A stretch of 64,000 nt of DNA from an uncultured Actinomycetes bacterium (GTDB taxonomy: Bacteria > Actinomycetota > Thermoleophilia > RBG-16-64-13), in assembly GCA_963814415.1 (NCBI GenBank), contig CAWFCN010000001.1:129604-193603 (forward strand), in the 5' to 3' direction. Positions 9,901-18,750 of the stretch are shown here, in pieces. Made by a program: the position numbers and the translations under genes. Numbering within the stretch: the first letter of the stretch is position 1; the number at the start of each line of letters is the position of its first letter. Below the pieces are notes generated by a model that saw nothing but the letters and a program-made list of their open reading frames with translations, was not told the DNA's origin and ran no database searches.

Positions 9901-10532
9901 TGGCCGAGCGCGCTCAGTTCCTTGCCGAACAACGCGAGGACTTGGAGGCCGCCGTCGGGCAACTGGAAGAGGTCATATCCGGTTTGGACGAGCACATAGA
10001 GAGGTCGTTCAACGAGGTATTCGAGGCAGCGAAGGAAAACTTCGGGGCCGTGATAGCGGTCGTCTTCCCTGGAGCAAAGGGCTCGCTACGGTTGACGGAG
10101 CCCAGGCCGAGTGTCCGGCCGGTGAGCGAGGAGGGCGAGGGGAGTGTCGACGACCTGCCCGACGAGGAGCAGGGGCAGCCGGCTCGAGGGGTCGCGCTGG
10201 AAGTCAAGTTCGCCAACAAGGCCCCTCGGAGTCTCAGTCTTCTGTCCGGTGGTGAGAAGGCCATGACCGCCATCGCATTCCTGTTCTCGTTGTTCTTGGC
10301 CAGACCGTGTCCTTTCTACATCTTGGACGAGGTGGAGGCGTCGCTGGACGACCTCAACATCAGGCGCTTCCTCTCGCTGGTGCAGAAGTACAGAGATCGG
10401 ACTCAGTTCATCATCATCACCCATCAGCGCCAGACCATGGAGGTCGCGGATACACTCTATGGTGTGGCCCTGGAGAGCGACGGCACTTCCAGGGTCCTGT
10501 CGCGCAAGATGAACATGGCAAAAGGGGCGTAG
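6903..10532 (+). CDS. smc: Chromosome segregation protein SMC
   Basis: An N-terminal Walker A (GPNGSGKSN), long coiled coils, a hinge, and a C-terminal signature motif (LSGGEKAMTAIAFLFSL) with Walker B (ILDEVEASLD) are present. Length is 1209 aa. Confidence 0.9.
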   Translation: MSMRERTEVVHLQSVHIRGFKTFAKPTDLLLEPGVTVIIGPNGSGKSNIADAVLWVLGEQSPGNLRGRTMQDVMFSGADGKKQSSVAEVSLVFNNGSGSLPLDCSELEVTRRLTRDSGSEYRLNGSGCRLLDIQDVVGQLGLGREMHSVISQGKVESLLNSSAEARRAMVEEAAGLGRFKKRRERAQSKMERATQNLVRARDIEEEVRTAMRPLRQQVAAAERFAEATEDWATARGRQLLHSLHEVQDAHKAAEQELQQIDGGLSDVGSRVAELRRQRAAEEEGFTAALKERERLGSLFHQTRAVAEYLESRAATLRQRLVRAEGDLDRARRRLELARSDASSLSSRVEEVMTGTADEVRLNRVSGWSEDLRKALEEALPAYQEATQREDDLKDTVFELEAARSRALQDREFLRREKEERGRVGAELATLLEQTQARMAQLEGEAGRLEQAVVQAEEAVRAAEGGVRAAAEAREQARGRAQESARIEAGLLEVLAGLESRQTVLRGVLERKEGLPAGARELLAGASGYRSLAELLVVKPGYERAVAAALGAAIQAVVVPEGQALSDALQRAGGPVEALRAGADSDTAKVKTVPPAGAKDLWELVGGPDAVLQTLRRIIPETYVVEGSGQEGEGLEALEKAGKQCAARLVNRSGEILQAGVYAARRQEAGAESLLAATNELEAAAREYEDVVKERDDTRQAAEKAAAEAVASEAGLRQQEERVREAEHHLAGQRSEADLCRRRLEESGDQLRELRERNVREDRLAEELAAQLETVENAMAGRDTELEAVRASLRELQSGLEAMRRNVARLEEKKGQSALVEVKLRERCRSLANERARVEAQKQIAELEVSKWGRRVQFLDACAPVVARLLKVAEGLAERGAGAAEQLQGYVEATRNHTEGTAKTMRDWGSAEISLQREYDTMTGRLTEVRVEQARLEDRRAQLEEELTELRRRHLSPRSLTAADIIGADSQSLAAAVERAERRRERIGPVNPLAEQEYGQMAERAQFLAEQREDLEAAVGQLEEVISGLDEHIERSFNEVFEAAKENFGAVIAVVFPGAKGSLRLTEPRPSVRPVSEEGEGSVDDLPDEEQGQPARGVALEVKFANKAPRSLSLLSGGEKAMTAIAFLFSLFLARPCPFYILDEVEASLDDLNIRRFLSLVQKYRDRTQFIIITHQRQTMEVADTLYGVALESDGTSRVLSRKMNMAKGA

Positions 10533-10535
10533 GCC

Positions 10536-11540
10536 TTGACGCACGATTGGTCCCGAGTGTTCGTAGGTGAGAGCGAAGAGTCACAACAGGAGGACGCCCG
10601 AGAGGCCGAGGCGGCCCAGGGCAGCCGTCTGGCCCAGCTTCGGGAGGGCCTCTCCAAGAGCCGCAAAGCTCTTCAGGCTCAGTTCCTCTCGGTGCTCTTC
10701 GATCGTTTCGACGAAAGTCTATGGGAGCGCATCGAGGAGGCCCTCATACATGCCGACATCGGCGTGGACACCACCGTGGAGATAGTCGAAGCTCTGGAGA
10801 AACGGGCCAACCAGGGGACGATCAAGACTTCGAGCGAGTTGGTGGCTGGACTCCGCGAACTGGCGGCCGAACACTTCTGCAAGGCCGACACTCGCATACA
10901 CATCGCGCACAGACCGGCCGTGCTTCTGATGGTAGGGGTCAACGGCACCGGTAAGACCACTACCATCGGCAAGATCGCGTGGCATCTGAAAGAACTGGGC
11001 AAGGAGCCGCTGCTGGTAGCCGGCGATACGTTTCGTGCGGCGGCGATCGAACAGTTGGCCGAATGGGGCAAGCGGGTGGGCTGTGAGGTGGTACACCACG
11101 AGCGCGGAGGCGACCCCGGAGCTGTGGTGTTCGACGGTCTGTCGGCGGCGGAGGCCAGGAAGGTCGACGTGGTGATAGTCGATACGGCGGGCCGGCTTCA
11201 TACTCAGGTCAACCTCATGAACGAACTCTCCAAAGTGCGCAGAGTCATAGAGAAGCGGATGCCTGGCGCACCGCACGAGACTTTGGTGTGTATCGACGCG
11301 ACCACGGGTCAGAACGGACTGATCCAAGCGCGGATGTTCAAGGAAGCGGTGGAACTGACCGGCGTCGTGCTAACCAAGATGGACGGCACTGCCAAGGGCG
11401 GCATCGCGCTGGCGATCTCGCACGAGTTGGACCTGCCCATCAAGTTGATAGGCACAGGCGAGAAGATGGATAGCCTACAGCCCTTTGACGCAGAGTCGTT
11501 CGCGGCGATGCTGTTTGATGACTCCCTCGTGCGACACTAG
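10536..11540 (+). CDS. ftsY: Signal recognition particle receptor FtsY
   Basis: The NG domain carries GVNGTGKTTT and DTAGR motifs. An acidic N-terminal region is present. Confidence 0.9.
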   Translation: MTHDWSRVFVGESEESQQEDAREAEAAQGSRLAQLREGLSKSRKALQAQFLSVLFDRFDESLWERIEEALIHADIGVDTTVEIVEALEKRANQGTIKTSSELVAGLRELAAEHFCKADTRIHIAHRPAVLLMVGVNGTGKTTTIGKIAWHLKELGKEPLLVAGDTFRAAAIEQLAEWGKRVGCEVVHHERGGDPGAVVFDGLSAAEARKVDVVIVDTAGRLHTQVNLMNELSKVRRVIEKRMPGAPHETLVCIDATTGQNGLIQARMFKEAVELTGVVLTKMDGTAKGGIALAISHELDLPIKLIGTGEKMDSLQPFDAESFAAMLFDDSLVRH

Positions 11541-11587
11541 AGCCAGAGATGGCCTGGGGACTTTCGCGGGTGCGAAAGGCTCCCGGT

Positions 11588-11616
11588 TTGACGGGATATG
11601 CAGAGACTAGTAAACT
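11588..11616 (+). promoter_or_regulatory. Putative sigma-70 promoter upstream of ffh (TTGACG-17-TAAACT)
   Basis: The sequence is TTGACGggatatgcagagactagTAAACT. The same -10 hexamer appears in the putative rny promoter. A CTTTCGC-gggt-GCGAAAG hairpin lies upstream at ~11565-11582. Confidence 0.45.
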
Positions 11617-11689
11617 CCCTGGCTCGTGGCGCGGAACGGGCCGTTCTTTGGGCGGTGTCGCAAGACATCGCCGGATGACAAGGTGACAA

Positions 11690-13024
11690 GTGTTCGATTC
11701 CCTTTCTGACAAACTGCAGGCGGCATTCGACGGCCTGAAGAGGCAGGGCAGACTCACCGACAAGGATGTCGAGAGGGCTGCCCGCGAGATCCGCTTGGCC
11801 TTGCTTGAAGCCGACGTGAACTTCAAGGTGGTCAAGCAGTTCGTCGACGCCGTCAAAGGTCGAGCCTTGGGTTCTGAGGTTCTGGAAAGCCTTACGCCCG
11901 CGCAGCAGTTCATCAAGATCGTGAGCGAAGAGCTGACCGTCCTCATGGGGTCGGCGAGCACCAAGATCACGTTCTCGCCACGGCCTCCGACATTGGTGAT
12001 GATGGTCGGGCTCCAGGGTTCGGGCAAGACGACTGCCTGTGGCAAATTGGCCAACTTCTTGCTGCAGCAGGGCAAGAGTCCGGCACTGGCGGCCGGTGAC
12101 GTCTATCGTCCTGCCGCTATCGATCAGCTGAAGAGCATCGGAGAGCAACTCGGCGTCCCGGTATATGACGAGGGCAACAAGGCCGATCCCGTGCACATCG
12201 CCAAGAATGCCGTCGATTGGGCCAGGAGTAAGGGACGCGACGTGCTCATCGTGGACACGGCAGGACGCTTGCACGTGGACGAGACCCTGATGGATGAACT
12301 TGTACGTATCCGTCATGCTGTCAAACCGCACAACATCCTGCTTGTGCTCGATGCGATGACGGGTCAGGACGCGGTGAACGTGGCTCTAGCCTTCCAAGAA
12401 CGCGTGGACTTCGACGGCGTGGTCCTCACAAAGATGGATGGCGATGCGCGCGGCGGTGCTGCACTCTCCGTCAAGACGGTCACGGGCAAGCCGATCAAGT
12501 TCGCGAGCAGCGGCGAGAAGCTCGACAACTTCGAGTACTTCCACCCAGACCGCATGGCCTCGCGCATCCTGGGCATGGGAGACGTTCTGTCGCTCATCGA
12601 GAAGGCCGAGCGCACAATCGACCAGAAGAAGGCTCAGGAGTTAGAGCAGCGCCTGCGCAAGGCTACATTCACATTCGATGACTTCGTGGAGCAGATACAG
12701 CAGGTCAAGAAGCTGGGCTCCATCTCTAGTCTCCTGGGAATGATCCCCGGTATCCCCTCGGCCAAGCTGCGCGGGCTCGAGGTCGACGACAGGGCTTTCG
12801 ACAAGATCCAGGCCATGATCAGTTCCATGACGGCCGAAGAAAGGGCACATCCCGACCTGATCAACGGAAGCAGGCGGCGCCGCATCGCCGAAGGCTCAGG
12901 CTCGGAGCTGCATGCGGTCAACCAACTGCTCAACCAGTTCAAGCAGGTCCAGAAGATGATGAAACAGTTGGGTTCAGGACGTGTGCCCAAGAATCCATTC
13001 CAGATGTTCGGCAATGCCGGCTAG
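11690..13024 (+). CDS. ffh: Signal recognition particle protein Ffh (SRP54)
   Basis: VFDSLSDKLQ is the typical N-terminus. GLQGSGKTT and the Met-rich M domain are present. Start is GTG. Confidence 0.95.
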   Translation: MFDSLSDKLQAAFDGLKRQGRLTDKDVERAAREIRLALLEADVNFKVVKQFVDAVKGRALGSEVLESLTPAQQFIKIVSEELTVLMGSASTKITFSPRPPTLVMMVGLQGSGKTTACGKLANFLLQQGKSPALAAGDVYRPAAIDQLKSIGEQLGVPVYDEGNKADPVHIAKNAVDWARSKGRDVLIVDTAGRLHVDETLMDELVRIRHAVKPHNILLVLDAMTGQDAVNVALAFQERVDFDGVVLTKMDGDARGGAALSVKTVTGKPIKFASSGEKLDNFEYFHPDRMASRILGMGDVLSLIEKAERTIDQKKAQELEQRLRKATFTFDDFVEQIQQVKKLGSISSLLGMIPGIPSAKLRGLEVDDRAFDKIQAMISSMTAEERAHPDLINGSRRRRIAEGSGSELHAVNQLLNQFKQVQKMMKQLGSGRVPKNPFQMFGNAG

Positions 13025-13040
13025 CCGGAGGAGGTGACAA

Positions 13041-13283
13041 ATGGCAACAGCAATCAGACTGGCTCGGCGTGGCAGCAAGAAGCATCCCAGCTACCGCATA
13101 GTGGTGGCGGACTCGCGTAGGGCTCGTGATGGCAGGTTCATCGAGACCATCGGGTTCTACAACCCCCTCACCGATCCGTCAACGATCGAGGTGGACGCGG
13201 CCAAGGCCAAGCATTGGTTGGAGTGTGGCGCTCAGCCCTCCGACACCGTGCGGCAACTTCTTACATTGAAAGGCATCGTCTAG
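13041..13283 (+). CDS. rpsP: 30S ribosomal protein S16
   Basis: [26 protein letters not shown]... is typical S16. A GGAGGAGG RBS is present. Confidence 0.95.
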   Translation: MATAIRLARRGSKKHPSYRIVVADSRRARDGRFIETIGFYNPLTDPSTIEVDAAKAKHWLECGAQPSDTVRQLLTLKGIV

Positions 13284-13514
13284 GTGAAGGACCTCCTTGA
13301 GTTCCTGGCGCGCTCCCTTGTGGACCATCCGGACCAAGTCCAGGTGGAGGAGAGGGAGAACGCCGACGGCGTGCTGCTGCGGCTGACTGTGGCCAAAGAG
13401 GACGTGGGCAAGGTCATCGGCAAGCAGGGCCGTATCGCGCGCGCCCTGCGGACCGTGGTCAAGGCCAGCGCCGTGAAAGAGGGTAAGCAAGCCACAGTCG
13501 AGATCGTCGACTAG
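13284..13514 (+). CDS. KH-domain RNA-binding protein (UPF0109 / YlqC family)
   Basis: The KH motif VIGKQGRIARALRTV is present. It has the conserved position between rpsP and rimM. Confidence 0.8.
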   Translation: MKDLLEFLARSLVDHPDQVQVEERENADGVLLRLTVAKEDVGKVIGKQGRIARALRTVVKASAVKEGKQATVEIVD

Positions 13515-13521
13515 GGCGCCT

Positions 13522-14076
13522 ATGGCTCGTCCCGAATGGATCGAGGTGGGACGAGTCTCGCGTCCGCATGGGGTGCACGGCGAAGTCAGGCTCATCCCCG
13601 ACTCCGACAACCCCGAGCGGTTCGCGGAAGGCTCCGTCGTCCAGGCACGCCCGGCTCGGGTTCGCCTGGCGGGCGGGGGGCCTGGGGAGCGGTCGAGTCT
13701 GACCATAGAGACGGTCAGGGGAGAGCCTGACTTCCCTATAGTGGCCTTCGTCGAGGTAAAGAGCCGAGAGGCGGCAGAGGGCCTGAGGGGCTTCATACTC
13801 GAGGTGCGGGGCGAGGAACTTCCCTCGCTGGCTGCCGACGAGTTCTATCCTTTCGATCTAGAGGGGCTGACGGTCAAGGACCCACAAGGGGCGGCAGTCG
13901 GCCGCGTCCGCGAGATCATCGACTCTCCCGCCCATCCTCTCTTGGTGGTCAGTCTCGATTGTGGACGCGAGGCATTGGTGCCCTTTGTGCTCACCGCCGT
14001 GCCTAGTGTGGCTCTCGCCGAGGGGTATCTCGTCGTTGAGCCGGGGTTCTTGGAGATCCCAGGCGGCGGCTCGTGA
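13522..14076 (+). CDS. rimM: Ribosome maturation factor RimM
   Basis: IEVGRVSRPHGVHGEVRL and the PRC barrel C-terminus are present. Confidence 0.9.
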   Translation: MARPEWIEVGRVSRPHGVHGEVRLIPDSDNPERFAEGSVVQARPARVRLAGGGPGERSSLTIETVRGEPDFPIVAFVEVKSREAAEGLRGFILEVRGEELPSLAADEFYPFDLEGLTVKDPQGAAVGRVREIIDSPAHPLLVVSLDCGREALVPFVLTAVPSVALAEGYLVVEPGFLEIPGGGS

Positions 14077-14813
14077 AGCGCTTCCACATCTTCAGCCTGG
14101 TCCCGCAGGCCTTCTCTTGGTTCGTCGATCAACACCCCGTCTCGACTGCCATCGGGGCCGGGAGCGTCTCCATAGAGGTGCACGACCTCAGGCAGTATGG
14201 CCTGCCTCCTCACCATGAGGTCGACGACACTCCCTATGGTGGCGGCCCGGGCATGGTCACCAGGGTGGACGTCGTGGCCGATGCTCTTCGGGGCGTCTTT
14301 GGAGCGCCTCCGGAACGGGTCAAAGAGACCAGGGATGTGTACGTGTTGGCTGCAGGAGGCAAGCCCTTCGTGCAAGATGTCAGCCTGGAGTTCGTCCGGA
14401 GCAAGAGAGACCTTGTGCTATTGTGTGGGCGCTTCGAGGGCTTTGATGCTCGGGTGGAGAGCCTGTTTGCCACCGGATCTCTGTCCGTAGGTCCCTACGT
14501 GCTGGCTGGGGGAGAATGCGCAGCCCTTGTCGTCATGGAGGCCGTCATCCGACACCTGCCTGGCTCGCTCGGCAACATGGACAGCGTCGCCGAGGAGTCT
14601 TTCAGCGAGGGGTTGGAGGGTATGGTGGAGTACCCCCACTACACCAGACCGCGGGAATTCGGGGGGCTGACGGTCCCTCCGGTGCTCTTGAGTGGTGATC
14701 ATGCTGCGATCGCGCGTTGGCGCCGTGAGAACTCTCGTCCGTCGCCGTGGGAGACGATGGCAGGTAATGGGCTTCTGCAGTCGGACAGTGATAGCGAGGA
14801 GAGGCGGACCTAG
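14073..14813 (+). CDS. trmD: tRNA (guanine37-N1)-methyltransferase
   Basis: The SPOUT/TrmD fold is present, including PYGGGPGMV. The start codon overlaps rimM in a GTGA arrangement. Confidence 0.9.
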   Translation: MKRFHIFSLVPQAFSWFVDQHPVSTAIGAGSVSIEVHDLRQYGLPPHHEVDDTPYGGGPGMVTRVDVVADALRGVFGAPPERVKETRDVYVLAAGGKPFVQDVSLEFVRSKRDLVLLCGRFEGFDARVESLFATGSLSVGPYVLAGGECAALVVMEAVIRHLPGSLGNMDSVAEESFSEGLEGMVEYPHYTRPREFGGLTVPPVLLSGDHAAIARWRRENSRPSPWETMAGNGLLQSDSDSEERRT

Positions 14814-15408
14814 GTGAGTTTTGGCGGACCGGATACAGGCGAGGCTCGATCGACCTTCGGCGAACTACCGGAGGAGAGGCGCGCCAAGAAGCACCGTTCG
14901 CTCCTCGGCACGGCCATCGAGACCTTGCTGATAGTAGGGGCGGCGTTCGCCATCGCCATGCTCGTGCAGACCTTCATGTTCCGCATCACCGGAATCCTGC
15001 AGACCTCGATGCTGCCCACCATCGATCCGGGCGATCAGGATCATAGTCAACTGCATGACCTACAAGTTCCGCGAGCCCCAGCGCGGGGAGATAGTCGTGG
15101 TCCACGACCCGGCGGACGAGAAGAAAGACATCATCAAACGCGTCATAGCCCTCAGCGGCGAGACCATCGAGTTGGTCGATGGAGTCTTGTACATAGACGG
15201 GGCTGTGGTTGAAGAGCCTTATGTGGTCCACAAGGACGTGGTCAAAGGCCAGGCGAGGTTCACTGTGCCCGAGGGCTACATCTACGTCATGGGGGACAAC
15301 AGGCCCTTCAGCGGTGACAGCAGGGATTTCGGTCCTGTAGCCGAGGATCAGATTATCGGCAAGGTCATCTGCGTGATGTGGCCCACCGACCACTGGAAGC
15401 GATTCTAG
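14814..15408 (+). pseudogene. lepB: Signal peptidase I gene interrupted by a 1-nt frameshift near 15036
   Basis: Frame 0 (14814-15035) encodes the N-terminal TM segment and catalytic Ser box (ILQTSMLPTIDPGD). The conserved continuation RIIVNCMTYKFREPQRGEIVVV...GDNRPFSGDSRDFGPV is in the +1 frame (15037-15408). One extra base lies between them. Confidence 0.7.
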
Positions 15409-15462
15409 AAGAAGGGTGCCAACGGGGCCGGGTGGCTTCCTGGCTGTGTGGCCCCGCTGGCT

Positions 15463-15478
15463 CGCGCCTAGTGGCGCG
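15463..15478. terminator. GC hairpin (CGCGCC-tagt-GGCGCG) between convergent lepB and the anti-sigma gene
   Basis: A 6-bp stem is seen with additional nested GC palindromes (CGGGGCC...GGCCCCG, CCTCCGGAGG). T-runs are poor. Confidence 0.35.
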
Positions 15479-15495
15479 CCTCCGGAGGAGTCTGC

Positions 15496-16296
15496 TCACT
15501 GGTTCTTGTTGTTGCCCTTCGACTCATCGTCCGAGCGCCCGCCTTTGTTCGCGGGCGGAGCGTGCTTGGTAGTAGATGTATCGCTGTCCAGGTCCGCGTC
15601 CTGCGGATCGATGCCTCGCGCCAGATCAGAGACGGCTTGGCCGAATTCATTGCCGGCCAAGTCCGTTGTGGCCAAGAAGCGAAGCTTTTCCGCGACTTGG
15701 GCTCGAACAGAAGCAGAAGCAGCGTCGCCGGACCGGGCGACTGACTCTGCGGCGGCCAGTAGAGCCTCGGCGGCTTGACGGGCATAGCCGTCGGATGGTC
15801 CTGCTTGAACGGCGATCGCCCCGGCGGCGGCTGTGAGTCCTTGACCGACGCGGCCGTCCTTGATCAGGCTGCCCGCCTCTGCCAAGCGCTCGCTCAGACC
15901 GCCATCGCCGATCCCCATGCTCTCCATCGCCAGGTCCAGACCATGTAGGGGATCTCCAGGGGCCGACCCATCGGCTGCGTACGCTACGCCCACTGAGGCC
16001 GACAACATAATCACCAGGGTTGCGACTGCTCCCGCCAACCGAGCGTATGACCTGCGCCGCGCCGCGGACACGGCCGAGCGTGGCCGCACGGCCGCCTCGG
16101 TGTTTGGCGTAGGCTGGACGGCGAGGGCTGCCTGCCTGGCGAAACGCAGCGCGGTGTGATCGGAGGGCGCGGCAGAGGCAGCGGCGCGAAGTGCGCGCAC
16201 CAGCGGTACGACGCTGGCAAGACGGGCAGAGTCAGGGTCGTACCCCGCGAAGAGACGATCGATTTCCCTGTGAGAGAAGTGACGGGGCCTGCTCAC
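15496..16296 (-). CDS. Putative membrane anti-sigma factor (DUF5667-like extracytoplasmic domain)
   Basis: It lies immediately downstream of the ECF sigma gene on the same strand. It has a ~95-aa cytoplasmic N-terminus, a single TM segment (LAGAVATLVIMLSASVGVAYAA), then APGDPLHGLDLAMES... typical of actinobacterial DUF5667 anti-sigma proteins. Start is GTG. Confidence 0.55.
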   Translation of the reverse strand: MSRPRHFSHREIDRLFAGYDPDSARLASVVPLVRALRAAASAAPSDHTALRFARQAALAVQPTPNTEAAVRPRSAVSAARRRSYARLAGAVATLVIMLSASVGVAYAADGSAPGDPLHGLDLAMESMGIGDGGLSERLAEAGSLIKDGRVGQGLTAAAGAIAVQAGPSDGYARQAAEALLAAAESVARSGDAASASVRAQVAEKLRFLATTDLAGNEFGQAVSDLARGIDPQDADLDSDTSTTKHAPPANKGGRSDDESKGNNKNQ

Positions 16297-16418
16297 TTGC
16301 CCATCTCCTGACTTTGCGGGCTAGAGGCTTCGCGACCTAGGCGCATGCGGCCTGGCTCCGTGCGGCCTCGTACCGAACTCGCACCACTCGAATGTAATCG
16401 CCGCCGGTGTTCAAAAGG

Positions 16419-16964
16419 TTACTCACTATGGCGTTGTGAGTCGGCAAGGGTTGCTAGTGCTCTGTGTTGCAGGGCCTTTATGGCCCCGACTCGACGTCCG
16501 AGCATGCCCGCGATCTCGGCCAAGCTGAAGTTGCCGACGATGCGGAGCGTGAGGACGGCGCGCTGGTCGTCGGTGAGGCACTCGAAGGCTGAGAGGATCT
16601 CCGTGGTGGTCAGTCGCTCGAGGGCCTCGTCTTCGGTGTTCCCTCCCACGCGTTCGGTCAGAGTGTCTGCGAGAGCAAGCTGTTGTGGGCGCCGTCCGGA
16701 AGCCCTCCAAGAGTCCTGTAGCCGGCGGTGGACTATGACGAACACCCAGGAACGGAATCCTGACTCGTCACCTTGGAAGGAGCCTATGTCCCTGGCCACC
16801 TGTAGGAAGGCCTCACTGGCCAGGTCCTCCGGCTCTGGGGCTCCGCGAGCGGTGAGATACGTGACTACGGAGGAGGCGAGATCGCGGTAGATAGCGGCCC
16901 AGGCCCACTCCGCGCCCGTCTTCGCAGCTGCGAGTGTCTTGGGGAAGTCAGAGCCTAGAGTCAT
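16419..16964 (-). CDS. ECF (group 4) RNA polymerase sigma factor
   Basis: Sigma-70 region 2 (YRDLASSVVTYLTARG...DLASEAFLQV) and region 4 (LTDDQRAVLTLRIVGNFSLAEIAGMLGRRVGAIKALQHRA) are present. Length is 181 aa. Confidence 0.85.
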   Translation of the reverse strand: MTLGSDFPKTLAAAKTGAEWAWAAIYRDLASSVVTYLTARGAPEPEDLASEAFLQVARDIGSFQGDESGFRSWVFVIVHRRLQDSWRASGRRPQQLALADTLTERVGGNTEDEALERLTTTEILSAFECLTDDQRAVLTLRIVGNFSLAEIAGMLGRRVGAIKALQHRALATLADSQRHSE

Positions 16965-17143
16965 CAGACCTCGGTCATCACCATTGGTTCTTCGAGCACG
17001 CAGAATCTACCATCTACGAGCGCCGAGGTTTCCAGGAGCATCCGCACAGGTTGTAATAGCGTCCGGGATGCTCTAAAGTCTGCTGGCTTCAATTAGGGAC
17101 TGGCGTCGAATACACGTGGGAACAAGGTAGGCTGGGCATAGAT

Positions 17144-17488
17144 ATGGGCGCGATTGAGGAGTTCGAACGCAAGCAGATACGGGAAGATCTTCCCGTGTTC
17201 AAGTCCGGCGATACTTTGAAAGTGCATTTCAAGGTCGTAGAAGGCACCCGTGAGAGGATCCAGGTCTTTCAAGGGGCCTGCATCAGCCGGCAGGGGCAAG
17301 GGGCCCGCGAGACCTTCACCGTACGCAAGCAGTCATTCGGCGTAGGTGTCGAGAGGACTTTCCCTCTCCACTCTCCGAAGATAGAGAAGATCGAGGTCAC
17401 TGCCATAGGTGACGTAGCCCGCGCCAAGCTCTACTACCTAAGGCAGAAGCTGGGCAAGAAGGCCCGCGTCAAAGAGAAGCGCGTCTAG
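17144..17488 (+). CDS. rplS: 50S ribosomal protein L19
   Basis: [32 protein letters not shown]...PKIEKIEV is typical L19. Confidence 0.95.
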   Translation: MGAIEEFERKQIREDLPVFKSGDTLKVHFKVVEGTRERIQVFQGACISRQGQGARETFTVRKQSFGVGVERTFPLHSPKIEKIEVTAIGDVARAKLYYLRQKLGKKARVKEKRV

Positions 17489-17570
17489 GCTATCAGTCTG
17501 CTCGGGTACGTCGCAGTGGCGGAGCCGGGCTCATCCAGTGTTCCGACCGACTCCTTGCGAGGGGGAATAG

Positions 17571-18278
17571 ATGGCGGGACGCGCCGAGCAGGGTCGCAAG
17601 CGGCTCTCTGATCCTTTCCGATTCGACCGGGATTACTTGGCGTCGTACGACGGCGCACGCGATGACTTGCGGCTCGCGGGAGCCGACGAAGCAGGGCGGG
17701 GCAGTCTGGCGGGGCCTCTCGTGGCTGCCGCAGTGGTTCTGGACTACTCTAGAGGGCCGCTCGTCCATTTGACGGGGCTCACGGACTCAAAGCTGCTCTC
17801 GCCGGAGGCCCGCGAGCGCATCTTCCGCGACATCCTCTGCTCGGCAAGTCGCGTGTCTTGGACCGCCATCTCAGCGGGCACCGTGGACCGAGTGGGTCTA
17901 CACCGCTGCAACCTCGTAGCGCTCTGCCGTGTCTTGGAGTCGTGTTCGGGGGAATACGGGTGCGCTTTGGTGGATGGCTTCGATCTCAAACGGCCTGATC
18001 TACGCGCGAGCGGACTAGTAAGGGGCGACTACAAGAGCGCCGCGGTGGCCGCGGCCTCTGTTATGGCGAAGGTGGTCAGAGACCGGCTGATGCGGGCCGT
18101 CGCGCCGCTCTATCCGCAGTATGGGTTCGAGGCACATGTCGGATACGGTACCGAACTGCATCGCGCAGCACTCAAGTTGCACGGACCGAGCGACCTGCAT
18201 CGTCATAGCTTTCAGGGTGTGGGTTGGTCGCAGTTGGAGCTGTGGGAAGCGCAGGACGAGGGCGGAGAACCAGAGTAG
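17571..18278 (+). CDS. rnhB: Ribonuclease HII
   Basis: GADEAGRGSLAGPLVAAAVVL and the DSK motif are present. There is an N-terminal extension of ~30 aa. A GAGGGGG RBS is present. Confidence 0.9.
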   Translation: MAGRAEQGRKRLSDPFRFDRDYLASYDGARDDLRLAGADEAGRGSLAGPLVAAAVVLDYSRGPLVHLTGLTDSKLLSPEARERIFRDILCSASRVSWTAISAGTVDRVGLHRCNLVALCRVLESCSGEYGCALVDGFDLKRPDLRASGLVRGDYKSAAVAAASVMAKVVRDRLMRAVAPLYPQYGFEAHVGYGTELHRAALKLHGPSDLHRHSFQGVGWSQLELWEAQDEGGEPE

Positions 18279-18379
18279 GCCCATAGTCTGACGCAGCGCG
18301 AGTGACTGCGGGCCTACCTTGAGCGTGACACGAAGCCCCGCTCAAGGAGTCGACCCTGGAATATCACGACCGCGCACAC

Positions 18380-18742
18380 TTGGACTGTACGGCCCGAGGC
18401 CGGACGGGCGAGCAGACTGCGGCCTTCTTCCTGACCGAGCACGGATACAGGATCCTTGCCACAAACCAACGCACCCCGCTGGGCGAACTGGACCTTGTGT
18501 GCCGCAGCCTCTCAGAAGTGGTCATAGTCGAGGTCAAGGCCAGAGCGAGCCAAGAGTACGGCGACGCCCTTGAGGCTATAGGGCCGAGGAAGGCTCGGCG
18601 GCTGAGGGCGGCAGCAGCTTGGTGGCTATCGGAGCGTGGCATGTTCCCGTGTGCCGTGCGCTTTGACGTGGTCACGGTCGCTCTGGACGCTCAGGGACAG
18701 CCGCGGAGCGTCCATCACCTCAAGAACGTCCTGGAAGGCTGA
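18380..18742 (+). CDS. yraN: YraN-family (UPF0102) endonuclease-like protein
   Basis: GEQTAAFFLTEHGYRILATNQRTPLGELDLVC is the UPF0102 pattern. Its position after rnhB is conserved in actinobacteria. Confidence 0.8.
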   Translation: MDCTARGRTGEQTAAFFLTEHGYRILATNQRTPLGELDLVCRSLSEVVIVEVKARASQEYGDALEAIGPRKARRLRAAAAWWLSERGMFPCAVRFDVVTVALDAQGQPRSVHHLKNVLEG

Positions 18743-18750
18743 GGCTGCAG

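Noticed and set aside
11634-11646. GAAC-gggcc-GTTC near the ffh promoter
   Set aside because: The spacing is N5 rather than N4, so it does not match the LexA box geometry. It is more likely a small hairpin.
16965-17143. ECF-type autoregulated promoter upstream of the ECF sigma gene
   Set aside because: A GGAAAC-N17-GTAGA candidate is present on the minus strand but does not match the usual CGTC/CGTT -10. It is too weak to call without a motif model.
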